Notes: a model not told the origin generated them from the letters alone. 64,000 nucleotides of DNA from an uncultured Acidobacteriota bacterium (GCA_963843385.1 CAWJJY010000007.1:132244-196243); one strand, 5' to 3'; positions 39,193 through 49,107 are shown, counted from the stretch's first letter. Numbers and translations: made by a program.

Positions 39193-41589
39193 ATGCACAA
39201 GAGCCCCTACCCATCCGTCGAGATCCCGTCGATCTCCCTTCCGAGCTTTGTCCTCGATGGGGCAGACGACCGCCGCCACAAGACCGCCATCGTGGATGGC
39301 CTGTCCGGGCGCCTGCTCACCTACGGCGACGTGCTGGATGCCTCGGTGCAGACCGCTGCAGGCTTCGCCGCACGGGGGCTCTCCAAGGGCGACGTCGTGG
39401 CGATCCACAGTCCCAACACACCCGAGTACCCGGTCGCGGTGTACGGAGCCGTGCTGGCGGGCGGTGTGGTCACGACGATCAACGCGCTCCTCACGCCGAT
39501 CGACGTGGCGCACCAGCTGAAGGATTCTGGCGCGAAGATCCTGATCACCTCCGGAGAAACGCTCCCCACCGCCAGGACCGCGGCACGAACAGCCGGGGTG
39601 TCCGACCTTTACGTGTTCGGTGCCGAGGAGGGCGAAACGCCTTTCAGCGCGCTGCGGCAGCCCGGAGGCAGCGTTCCGAACATCACCGTCGATCCCCGCG
39701 AAGATGTCGCAGCGGTCCTGTACTCGAGCGCGACGACCGGCCTGTCCAAAGGCGTGATGCTCACGCACTACAACCTGGTCGCGAACATCCTGCAGACGGT
39801 GCCCCTCCGGCAGATGGACGGACGGGAAGTCGTGGTCGCGGTGCTGCCCTTTCATCACGTCTATGGGTTCAACACGGTGATGAACATGACGCTGCACGCC
39901 GGCGCGACGCTCGTCACCCTGCCGCGCTTCGAGCTGGAGGGCTTCCTGGACGTGCTGGAGCGCTACGCCGTGACGACGGCGTACCTCGTGCCGCCGATCG
40001 TGCGCGCGCTCGCAAGGCACCCGCTGGTCGGCCGCTACGACCTTTCGAAGCTCCGCCGCGTGGTGTCCGGCGCCGCGCCGATGCCGGAGAGCACCGCGAG
40101 AGCGTTTACGGATCGTATCGGTTGCGTTGTCGAGCAGGCGTACGGACTGACCGAGACCAGTCCGGTCACGCATTTCAGCCCGCCGGGTCACGTGAAGCCG
40201 GCTTCTGTCGGCGTCGCGATTCCCAACACGGAGTTTCGCGTGGTCGACGTCGCCACCCAGCAGGACGTTCCGTCGGGTGAACTGGGAGAGGTGTGGGTGC
40301 GGGGTCCCCAGGTCATGAAGGGGTACCTGAACAACCCTGAGATCACGTGCCGGATCATCGACGCCGAGGGCTGGCTCCACACCGGTGACATCGGGTACGC
40401 CGATCGAGACGGGTATCTGTACGTCCTGGACCGCGCGAAGGACCTCGTCAAGTTCAAGGGCCTCCAGTATCGCGACGATGAGTTGTTGCTGCAGATGGTG
40501 GAGGATCTGACCACCCGTCGTCGAGACGAGGAACGGTTGAGGTTCCAGGCCCTGCTGCTCGACAGCGTCACGGAATCCGTGGTCGGCGTCGGCACCGACC
40601 ACCGGGTCAGTTTCTGGAACAGGGGCGCGACGGAGCTGTTCGGTTATACCAGCGAAGAAGCCCTCGGCACGCCCGTGGCGTCGCTGATCATCCTCGATGC
40701 ACCGGGCGCGCGCCGGCAGTGGCAGGATGAGTTGAGCCAGGTGGCAGACCGCGGCCGGTGGCAGGGACAGGTGCGGCGGCGCCGGAAGGACGGCTCAGCC
40801 ATCTGGACGGATCTGGTCGTGTCGGTCGTGAAGACACCCGAGGGCCAGGTCTCCGGCATGATCGCGATTCATCGCGACATTACCGAACTGCGGACCAACC
40901 AGGAGATGCTGCGCGACTCGCACAGCCGGCTGCAGGACTTGACCAAGCGCCTCATGGACGTTCGCGAGCAGGAGCGCACCGCGATCGCGCGCGAGCTGCA
41001 CGACGAGCTCGGCCAGGCGCTGACTCGCCTGACGATGGACCTGACGTGGTTGACCGAACGGGTGCCGAAGCGGTTTCAGACCAGGAGGGTGGCATCCATG
41101 CTGCCGCTGGTCGACGGCATGCTGACGACGGTACAGCACCTGTCATCGCAGCTTCGGCCCGCGATTCTCGACGATCTGGGCCTCGAAGCGGCGATCGAGT
41201 GGCAGGCGCAGGAGTTCGAGCGGTGGAACCCGTGCCGCTGTATGCTGGACCTGCAGGTGGGCGCGCTGACGCCGGATCGGGATCGGGACACCGCGGTCTT
41301 CCGGATCCTGCAGGAATCCCTCACGAACGCGGCGCGGCACGCCAGGGCCACGACCATTCGGATTCGCGGCGCGCTCGATGCCGGTCAGCTCGTGCTCGAG
41401 ATCGAGGACGACGGCGTCGGTATCCCGACCAGCGAGATCAGGAGCCCTCACTCGCTGGGCCTGCTCGGCATGCGCGAGCGGGCACGCGGCATCGGGGGCG
41501 TCATTGAAATCGGGCGAAGCGCAGGACACGGAACGGCCATCAGCCTGCACGTGCCGCTCGCTTCCGTCCCTGTGAACAAACGACGATGA
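39193..41589 (+). CDS. 4-coumarate-CoA-ligase-like AMP-binding domain fused to a PAS and HisKA_3/HATPase histidine kinase
   Basis: YSSATTGLSKG, LPFHHVYG, QAYGLTE, GWLHTGD, DRAKDLVKFKG; then PAS ('WNRGATELFGY...RRKDG...RDIT'), ARELHDELGQ, QESLTNAARHA, DDGVG, GLLGMRERA. Confidence 0.88.
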   Translation: MHKSPYPSVEIPSISLPSFVLDGADDRRHKTAIVDGLSGRLLTYGDVLDASVQTAAGFAARGLSKGDVVAIHSPNTPEYPVAVYGAVLAGGVVTTINALLTPIDVAHQLKDSGAKILITSGETLPTARTAARTAGVSDLYVFGAEEGETPFSALRQPGGSVPNITVDPREDVAAVLYSSATTGLSKGVMLTHYNLVANILQTVPLRQMDGREVVVAVLPFHHVYGFNTVMNMTLHAGATLVTLPRFELEGFLDVLERYAVTTAYLVPPIVRALARHPLVGRYDLSKLRRVVSGAAPMPESTARAFTDRIGCVVEQAYGLTETSPVTHFSPPGHVKPASVGVAIPNTEFRVVDVATQQDVPSGELGEVWVRGPQVMKGYLNNPEITCRIIDAEGWLHTGDIGYADRDGYLYVLDRAKDLVKFKGLQYRDDELLLQMVEDLTTRRRDEERLRFQALLLDSVTESVVGVGTDHRVSFWNRGATELFGYTSEEALGTPVASLIILDAPGARRQWQDELSQVADRGRWQGQVRRRRKDGSAIWTDLVVSVVKTPEGQVSGMIAIHRDITELRTNQEMLRDSHSRLQDLTKRLMDVREQERTAIARELHDELGQALTRLTMDLTWLTERVPKRFQTRRVASMLPLVDGMLTTVQHLSSQLRPAILDDLGLEAAIEWQAQEFERWNPCRCMLDLQVGALTPDRDRDTAVFRILQESLTNAARHARATTIRIRGALDAGQLVLEIEDDGVGIPTSEIRSPHSLGLLGMRERARGIGGVIEIGRSAGHGTAISLHVPLASVPVNKRR

Positions 41590-42369
41590 TTCACCTCCTC
41601 CTCGCGGATGATCACCCCGTTGTGCGGGAAGGCCTCAAGTTCGTCGTGTCGCAGAGCCGCGACATCCAGGTCGTGGGAGAAGCCGAGGACGGAGACGGCA
41701 TCCTGGAGATGTGCCAGCGAACCGAGGCCGACGTGCTGTTGCTGGACGTCTCGATGCCGGGCCCCGGGGTCCTCGAGCTCATCCGCAGCCTCCGGACGAT
41801 CCGGCCAAAGCTGCGGATCCTCGTCTTGAGCGTTCATCCCGAGCAGCACTACGCGCGGCGCGTCCTCAAGGCAGGGGCCGACGGGTACCTCACGAAGAAT
41901 CAATCGTCGACGGCGCTCGCCGCGGCGATTCGGCAGGTCCACAGCGGTCGCAAGTATGTCAGTCCCTCGCTTGCCGAGGAGCTGGCGCTCGACCTCTCGG
42001 TTGGACGAACGAATTCAGCCCACGAAGGGCTGTCCAATCGCGAGTACAAGGGTACTCCTGCAGCTGGGCGCCGGCAGGCGGGTCGATGAGGTGGCGCGGC
42101 GGTTGCGGCTCAGCCCGAAGACCGTGCGGACCTACCGGTCGAGGATTCTCGAGAAGATGAGCTTCAAGAGCACCGCCGAGCTCATCTTCTACGCGGTCAG
42201 CCATGGGTTGGTTACCGAAATGGCCGCGGCGCAGGAACTCAACACGGGCCGCTCCAGTGAGTCGTCCGCGGACGCTCCGGCCCGGTCGAGCACCGGGATC
42301 GCCGCGCCCAAGCCCAAGAGCGTTTCGGTTCGACCCCGTACGCACGCAGCCCCTGAAAAGCGCCGGTAG
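41586..42369 (+). CDS. NarL/FixJ-family response regulator (frameshift near 42051)
   Basis: ATGA overlap with the kinase; ADDHPVVREG, LLDVSMP, GYLTK. Removing one G of GGG at 42050-42052 restores 'LSNREYKVL...LSPKTVRTYRSRILEK'. Confidence 0.9.
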
Positions 42370-42724
42370 TCACGCCGAGCCTCGTCCTGCCGCTCGCAAA
42401 TGACTCCCTGGGAAAATGACCGGTGAAACGACGGCCAGACAGGGGTAGTCCAAATGCCTACATCGCTCGCTGGGATCGGAGTTGCCCGTGGATGCCGGCT
42501 GGACGGTCGTACCCGGAGAGAGCCTGACCTCCATCTCCCGCACCCGCGTCATAGCCCGCGGTTGACCGGTGTTTTGACCGCGCTCGTCTTCTGCTGCGAC
42601 TCGCCCTCGCCGGTCTGACAAGCCATTTCCCGCCGCGGGCCACTCAGTTGAGGTCGCGACCCAGCCCCGGCTTGTGGTGCGCCCTCTCCCGTTCCTGCCG
42701 ATCCTGGTGTCGTTGTTCTGTCCA

Positions 42725-42752
42725 TTGACAGCCGCGCTGAGAAAACGATAAT
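42725..42752 (+). promoter_or_regulatory. Putative sigma70 promoter
   Basis: TTGACA-16 bp-GATAAT, about 240 bp upstream of ATG42990. Confidence 0.45.
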
Positions 42753-42989
42753 CGGCCGAACGCGACAATCCCGGGCGGAATGGCTGATGCAGGCTCCTGG
42801 TGCCGGAGACCGCGTCCGAGCACCGGCAACTTCGCCCGCGAGAGCCTGTCTGTCTGGTCTGCTCTTCGGATCGGTGAGCGCGTCGAACACGCTCCCACCA
42901 GGACGTCCGAACGGACCGGCCCTTTCCGTGCCGCGCTTGGGGAAACACTCCAGTCAGCGGCTTGCAGCGAACAGGACGAGGAGGATGAC

Positions 42990-44240
42990 ATGCACGATGA
43001 CGACACGACAGAGCCTATCGAACGCCCCCACAGGGAAAGAGTCGGCCGGCGCCAGTTCGTCCAAACCGTCGGGGTCGCCGGCGCGCTGAGCGCGATTGCC
43101 GGTGCCAAGGGAGGAAGGTTGTTCGCCGCGGAAGGGCCCGCCGAACCGGCCCCGGCGTCACCGCGCCAGACCGCGAAGCCGCGGGCCGCGGGCCCGGCAG
43201 ACTTCCCGAAACCCGCCAAGCTCCTCACGGGATCGCAGCTGGACTCCCGATTCCCCGTGAGTTTCGCGCCCACGCTCTCAGAGGGATTCAGACTGGTGAC
43301 GGACTACTTCACAGCCCTGAGCCAGCGCGATCTCGAGGGGATCGCGAAGACACTTCATTTCCCGTTTGCGATCTATGAGGACATCGAGCCGATCGTGATC
43401 AATTCGGCAGCGGACCTGATCTCGAATCCGCCGCCAACGCTCAACTGGATCGGGAAGGGCAAGTCGCGCGTCATGCCGGGGTCCTACGATCTGATCGAAA
43501 GCGTCAACGTCCACCTCTATTGCCCCATCGGTGGCGCGTTCTCGATGTCGTTCAACCGGTATACGCCCGACGGCCGCCTGCTGCTGGCCTGCGACGGCAT
43601 CTACTCGGTCACCAACAACGACGGCCGGTGGGCGATTCAGCTCGCCTCCACCATCTTCCACGAAGCCGAATTCCTGAATGTCACCTATCCTGACGCGGAA
43701 GAGGCGGCCACCCGGGCCGAGCAGAACTACCTGGCCGCGTTCGGATACGGCAATGAAACGATTCTCAATGACCTCAAGTCGGGCCGGGGCACGTACGAGC
43801 GGCCATTGCCGCCCGGGACGAAGACTGCCAGCGTCAATTTCGGATATGGCCCGCGTGAGCGCGCGAGGGACGCGAGGGAAAATCAGCCGATGGCCGGGTG
43901 GCGCGCGAAGGGCGTCAAGAGCCGCCTGAGTGTGTCGGTGCGCACCGAGGAGAGTCTCAACCGCGAGTACAAGACGAATCTCCCCGAATTCGTGGAATGG
44001 GCCGGCGGCGCGGTGGGCAAGTACGGCTACACCCGGGACCGTCCCATTCGGCCGATCACGATTCACGCGACGCACGACAAGGCACACCTGATCAGCGGGT
44101 ACCTCCGCTACACGGCGGATGGCCAGCTGATCACCGAGACTCGGGGCGTCAGCATTCGAATCTACAAGGAAGGACACTGGGGCAGTGCGGGAGGGCTCGG
44201 CCAGGTCACGCACCACGACCGCTCGAGCTCGAAGGTCTGA
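42990..44240 (+). CDS. Tat-exported hypothetical protein with two NTF2-like segments
   Basis: GAGGAGG RBS; twin-Arg 'GRRQFV'; two similar segments 'FNRYTPDGRLL..DGRW' and 'YLRYTADGQLI..EGHW'. Confidence 0.7.
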   Translation: MHDDDTTEPIERPHRERVGRRQFVQTVGVAGALSAIAGAKGGRLFAAEGPAEPAPASPRQTAKPRAAGPADFPKPAKLLTGSQLDSRFPVSFAPTLSEGFRLVTDYFTALSQRDLEGIAKTLHFPFAIYEDIEPIVINSAADLISNPPPTLNWIGKGKSRVMPGSYDLIESVNVHLYCPIGGAFSMSFNRYTPDGRLLLACDGIYSVTNNDGRWAIQLASTIFHEAEFLNVTYPDAEEAATRAEQNYLAAFGYGNETILNDLKSGRGTYERPLPPGTKTASVNFGYGPRERARDARENQPMAGWRAKGVKSRLSVSVRTEESLNREYKTNLPEFVEWAGGAVGKYGYTRDRPIRPITIHATHDKAHLISGYLRYTADGQLITETRGVSIRIYKEGHWGSAGGLGQVTHHDRSSSKV

Positions 44241-44333
44241 CGGCTCCGCGGCCCTCACGCGAAGGCCTGCCCGCGCGTGGGGGCCGCGGCTCGAACGCGG
44301 CGAGCATCGACCGCCGCGATGCCCGCAGCGCGG

Positions 44334-45515
44334 CTACTGCTCTCCCTTCAGCAACAGGCCGGCGATCACCAGGTGCTGAAGGTCGTTGGTCCCTTCGTAG
44401 ATGCGCAGCGCGCGGATCACCCGGTAGAGCCGCTCGACCTCGACGCCACGGACAACGCCCAGGCCGCCGTGAATCTGGACGGCCTGGTCGATGATGCGTT
44501 GAGCCGCCTCGGTGGCGAACAGCTTGGCCTGCGAGCTTTCGAGCGTAATCCGGGTCTTGAGCCCCCGGTCGCGTGTCAGCGCAGCCTTGTACACCAGGAG
44601 CCGCGCCGCCGCGAGCTCGGTCGCCATCGCGGCCAGCTTCAACTGGATGGCCTGGAACTCCGCGATGGCCTTGCCAAAGGCGTGGCGCCGCCTCGCGTAC
44701 GCGATCGCCTCGTCCAGCGCCCGCTGCGCCAGCCCTACCGCGCTTGCGGCCACGGTGGTCCTGAAAAAATCCAGCGTGACCATGGCGATCTTGAAACCGG
44801 CATTCTCATCGCCGATGCGGTTCGAGGCCGGCACGCGACACTCTGTGAACACCGGATTGGCGATCGCGTGCGGCGCCAGCAGATCGAGGCGCGTCCCCGG
44901 GTCGAATCCGGGTGTCCCATTCTCGACGATGAACGCCGAAATCCCCCGGCTGCCAGCCTGTTGATCGGTCCTCGCAAACACACTGTAGATGTCGGCGTCA
45001 GGCGCCATGCTGATGAACGCCTTCCGGCCGTTGAGCACGTAGTGGTCGCCGTCTCGCCGCGCGCTGAGCGCCAGAGACGCGACGTCCGACCCGCCTTCGG
45101 GCTCGGTCAGCGCAAAGGCAGCCACGAGTTCGCCCGCCGCGATGCGCGGCAGGTAACGACGCCGCTGCTCCTCCGATGCCGAGAACGAGATCGGGCCCGA
45201 GCCGAGGCCCTGGATCGTGAAGATCAACTCGGCGTTCGTGCAATACCGTGCGAGCGTTTCGCGGACGAGGCAGCACGACACGAGCGACATCGACGATGGC
45301 GCCTTGAGCCCGGCGCACCGGCCCGTGCCATACGCGCCCGGGACCGTCCAGTCGAGAAGGCCGGCACCCGCGAGACATTTCACGATGGCGCGGCTCGTGG
45401 TGTTCGTCTCGCCGACCTGACGTTCGAGCGCCCCGAGTTCGCCCTGACACAATGACTCGACACGTTGCTGCAACGCGCGCTGATCCTCGGACACGAGTGT
45501 TCGAATGAACTGCAT
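44334..45515 (-). CDS. Acyl-CoA dehydrogenase
   Basis: FALTEPEGGSD, LNGRKAFIS, FGKAIAEFQAIQ, QIHGG, RIYEGT. Confidence 0.93.
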   Translation of the reverse strand: MQFIRTLVSEDQRALQQRVESLCQGELGALERQVGETNTTSRAIVKCLAGAGLLDWTVPGAYGTGRCAGLKAPSSMSLVSCCLVRETLARYCTNAELIFTIQGLGSGPISFSASEEQRRRYLPRIAAGELVAAFALTEPEGGSDVASLALSARRDGDHYVLNGRKAFISMAPDADIYSVFARTDQQAGSRGISAFIVENGTPGFDPGTRLDLLAPHAIANPVFTECRVPASNRIGDENAGFKIAMVTLDFFRTTVAASAVGLAQRALDEAIAYARRRHAFGKAIAEFQAIQLKLAAMATELAAARLLVYKAALTRDRGLKTRITLESSQAKLFATEAAQRIIDQAVQIHGGLGVVRGVEVERLYRVIRALRIYEGTNDLQHLVIAGLLLKGEQ

Positions 45516-45618
45516 GGTGACACCCCGGCAACCATGTCCGGTCCGCCACAGGCAGGCCGCGACACCGCTGCGCCCGGCCGAGCACCGTCTTGTCCTGTCT
45601 AACCGGGAGACAGCGCTG

Positions 45619-45646
45619 ATTATCGCGGCTGCCAGGGCCAAGTCAA
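45619..45646 (-). promoter_or_regulatory. Putative sigma70 promoter for the acyl-CoA dehydrogenase
   Basis: TTGACT-16 bp-GATAAT on the minus strand. Confidence 0.45.
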
Positions 45647-45854
45647 CAGGAAACGGCGCGGAAAAAGGACGAAGATCGCCTTGTAGTCACAACCACCCTG
45701 CCAATGCGGTCCTGAACGCACCGGCATCCTTCCCATTCGGAGACTTGTGATCCGGCGCGTGGATCCATAAGCTCCGCAGGGGTGTTGCCGATGGGCCCGG
45801 GGGCTCGGGCCGCCAGGCACGCCCGCTCCGCGACAACCGTCCACTGAGGCGACC

Positions 45855-46727
45855 TTGAACCTCGTCAACTACGACGTGCGGGATCGTGTTGCGGTGGTCA
45901 CCATCGACAATCCTCCCGTCAATGCGCTCGGCCCTGGTGTGCGAGAGGCCCTCGAGGAAGCCGTGCGCCGTGCCACCGAGGATGCCGCCATCGACGCCAT
46001 CGTCGTGAACGGGGCCGGCCGCACGTTCGTCGCGGGCGCAGATATCAACGTGTTCAGGACGCTGACGACGCCTGCGCAGTCCGTCCGGCGGTCGGAGGGG
46101 ATCCACGCGTCGCTCACGCGCCTGGAAGACACCGGGAAGCCGCTGGTTGCGGCGATTCACGGTCACGCCCTCGGCGGAGGCCTGGAACTCGCCATGGCCT
46201 GCCACTACAGAATCGCTACGTCCGACGCGAGAGTCGGACAGCCGGAGATTCACCTCGGGATCATTCCTGGGGCAGGAGGCACACAGCGGCTGCCGCGCCT
46301 CTGCGGCGCCAGGCTGGCCCTCGAGCTGTGCACGCAGGGCAAGCCCATGCCAGCACCCCAGGCTCGCGATGCGGGAATCATCGACCTGGTCGTGGCTCAA
46401 GGACTTGTCGAGACGGCCATTGAATGGGCCCGCGCGAAAGCCGCCTCGGGCGAGCGGCGCAAGACGCGCGAGATTGCCGTGCCTCCCGCCGATCGAGCCG
46501 CGGGCCTGCTGACATGTGCCGAGGCGAGGCACGAGTTGACCGCGCCGCCGCAGAAAGCACGCGCGTTGGCCGCAGTGATAGACGCCATCGAGGCGGCGAT
46601 GAACCTGGATTTCGACGCGGGGTCCGCGCGCGAGCGGGAATTGTTCGCAGAGTGCGTCGTGTCGACCGAGTCTCGCGCGCTGATTGAGCAGTTCTTTGCC
46701 GAACGGGAGGCTGCCAGGCGTCGGTGA
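45855..46727 (+). CDS. Enoyl-CoA hydratase/isomerase (resembles the N-terminal half of FadB-type enzymes)
   Basis: NPPVNAL, FVAGADI, ALGGGLELAMACH, GQPEIHLGIIPGAGGTQRLPRL; ends 'FFAEREAARRR'. Confidence 0.88.
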   Translation: MNLVNYDVRDRVAVVTIDNPPVNALGPGVREALEEAVRRATEDAAIDAIVVNGAGRTFVAGADINVFRTLTTPAQSVRRSEGIHASLTRLEDTGKPLVAAIHGHALGGGLELAMACHYRIATSDARVGQPEIHLGIIPGAGGTQRLPRLCGARLALELCTQGKPMPAPQARDAGIIDLVVAQGLVETAIEWARAKAASGERRKTREIAVPPADRAAGLLTCAEARHELTAPPQKARALAAVIDAIEAAMNLDFDAGSARERELFAECVVSTESRALIEQFFAEREAARRR

Positions 46728-46817
46728 CTGGTCTGGTGGGTTGGGTGGCCATTGGTGGCCGGCGTCTCTCCCGCAACAACTGGCCGGAGAAGGTCCGGGC
46801 TTTCAGGGTGACGTGGC

Positions 46818-47282
46818 ATGATCGAAGTGTCCCCGCAGTCGCTGTCGGATCACCTGGGCGAGGAGATCGCCGTCAGCGATACCATTACCGTCACGCAGCA
46901 GCGAATCGATCAGTTCTCGGAAGCTATTGATGATCGACAATGGATCCACACTGACCCGGTACGCGCGGCGGCTGAGTCGCCCTATGGCGGCACAATCGCA
47001 CACGGGTTCCTCACGCTCTCTCTCGTGAGTGCGCTTTCCAGGCTGGCGATGACCGTCGTCGGGGTCCGCATGGCCGTCAACTACGGCCTCAACCGCGTTC
47101 GCTTCATATCTGCTGTGACGGCAGGAAGCCGCATCCGCGCCAGATTCGTGCCCACCTCCGTCGAGCCGATCGGCGATGGGCGAAAGACGACCTGGCGGGT
47201 CACCATCGAGCTCGCCGATACGGGGCAGGCGTGTTGTGTGGCGGAGTGGATCATCTGCTACTACCTCTTGCTTGATCCGTAG
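46818..47282 (+). CDS. MaoC-family (R)-hydratase
   Basis: 'DDRQWIHTDP', 'TIAHGFLTLS', 'NYGLNRVRF'. Confidence 0.9.
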   Translation: MIEVSPQSLSDHLGEEIAVSDTITVTQQRIDQFSEAIDDRQWIHTDPVRAAAESPYGGTIAHGFLTLSLVSALSRLAMTVVGVRMAVNYGLNRVRFISAVTAGSRIRARFVPTSVEPIGDGRKTTWRVTIELADTGQACCVAEWIICYYLLLDP

Positions 47283-47374
47283 CATGTATCACCTGGTCGC
47301 GTGTCGAATTCATCCTGCCGGTCAGCGATGTCTCCGCCTCGTGTGGAGATCGCCACGAGTGAAAAGGGGAAACG

Positions 47375-48906
47375 GTGGACATCCATAGCAGAGGCCTCGC
47401 GATCGGCATCGTAGGGGGCGGCGTGATGGGTCGCGGCATCGCCCAATTGGCCATCGTCAGCGGCATCGAGACTCGACTCTACGACGTCGCGCCCGGCGCG
47501 GCCGAAGCCGCTTGTGAGTTCGTGGCACGCATGCTGCGTCGAAGCGTGGACAAGGGCAAGATGAGCGCCGCCGACGCCGACGGAGCGATCGCCCGCATGA
47601 GCGCGGTCGAACGGCTGGAGGACCTGGCCGGGTCGCATGTCGTGATCGAAGCGATTGTCGAGAACCTCGACGCCAAGCGCAGCGTCTTCGTCGAACTCGA
47701 ACGCGTGGTGGGTGACGGCTGCATCCTGGCGACCAACACCTCGTCGCTCTCGGTGACCGCCATCGCGGCGGCCTGCCGGCTCCCGGAGCGCGTCGGCGGT
47801 TTCCACGTGTTCAACCCCGCGCCGCTGATGAAGCTTGTCGAGGTCGTCGGCGGGGCACGCACGCGCGCGGATGTCTGTGACGGGCTGTGTGCCCTCGCGA
47901 CACGATTTGGCCACCGGCCCGTGCGCGTGAAGGACATGCCGGGCTTCCTGGTCAACCACGCCGGCCGTGGGTACGGGCCTGAGGCGCTCCGGATTCTGGG
48001 TGAGGGCGTGGCGGACTGCGGCGACATCGATCGGGTGATGCGCGACGCGGCCGGGTTCAAGATGGGGCCGTTCGAGTTATACGATCTCACCGGGCTCGAC
48101 GTCTCTCATCCCGTCATGGAGTCGATTTACCACCAGTTCTACGAAGAGCCGCGGTTTCGTCCGTCTCCTGAAACCGCGCTTCGCGTGGCTGGCGGGCTGC
48201 TCGGGAGAAAAGCGGGGCAGGGGTTCTACCGCTATTCCGACGGGCAGCGCAAGAGGAGGCGGAACCAGTGCCGCCATCCGCCCGGCCGGATTCCGTATGG
48301 ACGAGTCGGGCCGTACCCGAGGGGTATCAGCGGCTCAGTGCGTTTCTTGCTGCCCTGCCGCGACCACCCGTGGTCGAAACGGCATCGCGGCCCTCCGATT
48401 CGGCGCTTTGCCTCGTCACACCGCTCGGAGACGACGCGAGTTCGGCGGCGTGTGACGAGGGGCTCGATCCCAGACGGACGGTTGCGGTCGACGTGCTCCT
48501 GGAACTGAGAGGGCGCATCACGCTCATGTCGACGCCGGTGACCGACTCGCGCGCCCGCAACGCGGCGCTCGGGCTGCTGAGCTCGGGGGGAGTGCCGGTC
48601 ACGATGATCGCCGACAGCCCGGGATTCGTCGCCCAGCGGATCCTCGCCTCGATCGTCAATGTCGGGTGCGAGATCGCCCAACAGCGCATTGCGACGCCCT
48701 CCGACATCGACGACGCAGTCTGCCTGGGCCTGGGATATCCCAAGGGGCCGCTGGCCCTCGGAGACTGGATCGGCCCGGCGCGCGTTCTGGGAATCCTTCA
48801 GCGGATGCAGGCCATGACCGGCGACGCACGCTTCCGGCCAAGCCTGTGGCTGCGGCGTCGCGCGATGCTCGGCGTCGGGCTGACCACACCCGATCTGGCG
48901 GATTGA
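47375..48906 (+). CDS. PaaH-like 3-hydroxyacyl-CoA dehydrogenase (frameshift near 48250)
   Basis: GGGVMGRGI, EAIVE, TNTSSL, HVFNP, MGPFEL. A second C-domain ('DSPGFVAQR', 'LGYPKGPL') lies in ORF 48268-48906; one base appears to be missing. Confidence 0.85.
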
Positions 48907-48915
48907 GAAGCGGTC

Positions 48916-49107
48916 ATGTTTGGCGCGCATATCTTGGATGGAATTCGGACCCCGTTCGGCGGCCCTGCTCGTCGGCTCGATGCAGGTCGCCGAGCGAACC
49001 GGCTCCCGGCCCCTGGCGAGGATCCTGGCGTCGGCGGCTGCCGGCGGGGAACCGCGTCGTGCATCGGCGTCGGCCAGGGACTCACGGGCGTGATCGAACG
49101 AGCGTAA
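48916..49107 (+). pseudogene. Collapsed thiolase remnant (PaaJ/PcaF-like)
   Basis: N-terminal 'ILDGIRTPFG', middle 'AALLVGS...PLARILASAAAGGEPR' (another frame), C-terminal 'CIGVGQG...IERA*'. Confidence 0.72.

Noticed and set aside
39193-40500. NRPS adenylation module or biosynthetic cluster
   Set aside because: No carrier or condensation domains nearby; the motifs are 4CL/acyl-CoA-ligase type.
36667-40602. 1311-aa minus-strand ORF
   Set aside because: Antisense shadow of the HK/RR/ANL genes; no motifs; expected in high-GC DNA.
42040-42060. Programmed frameshift or phase variation in the NarL gene (and the other broken genes)
   Set aside because: Runs are only 2-3 nt with no slippery heptamer; sequencing error is more parsimonious.
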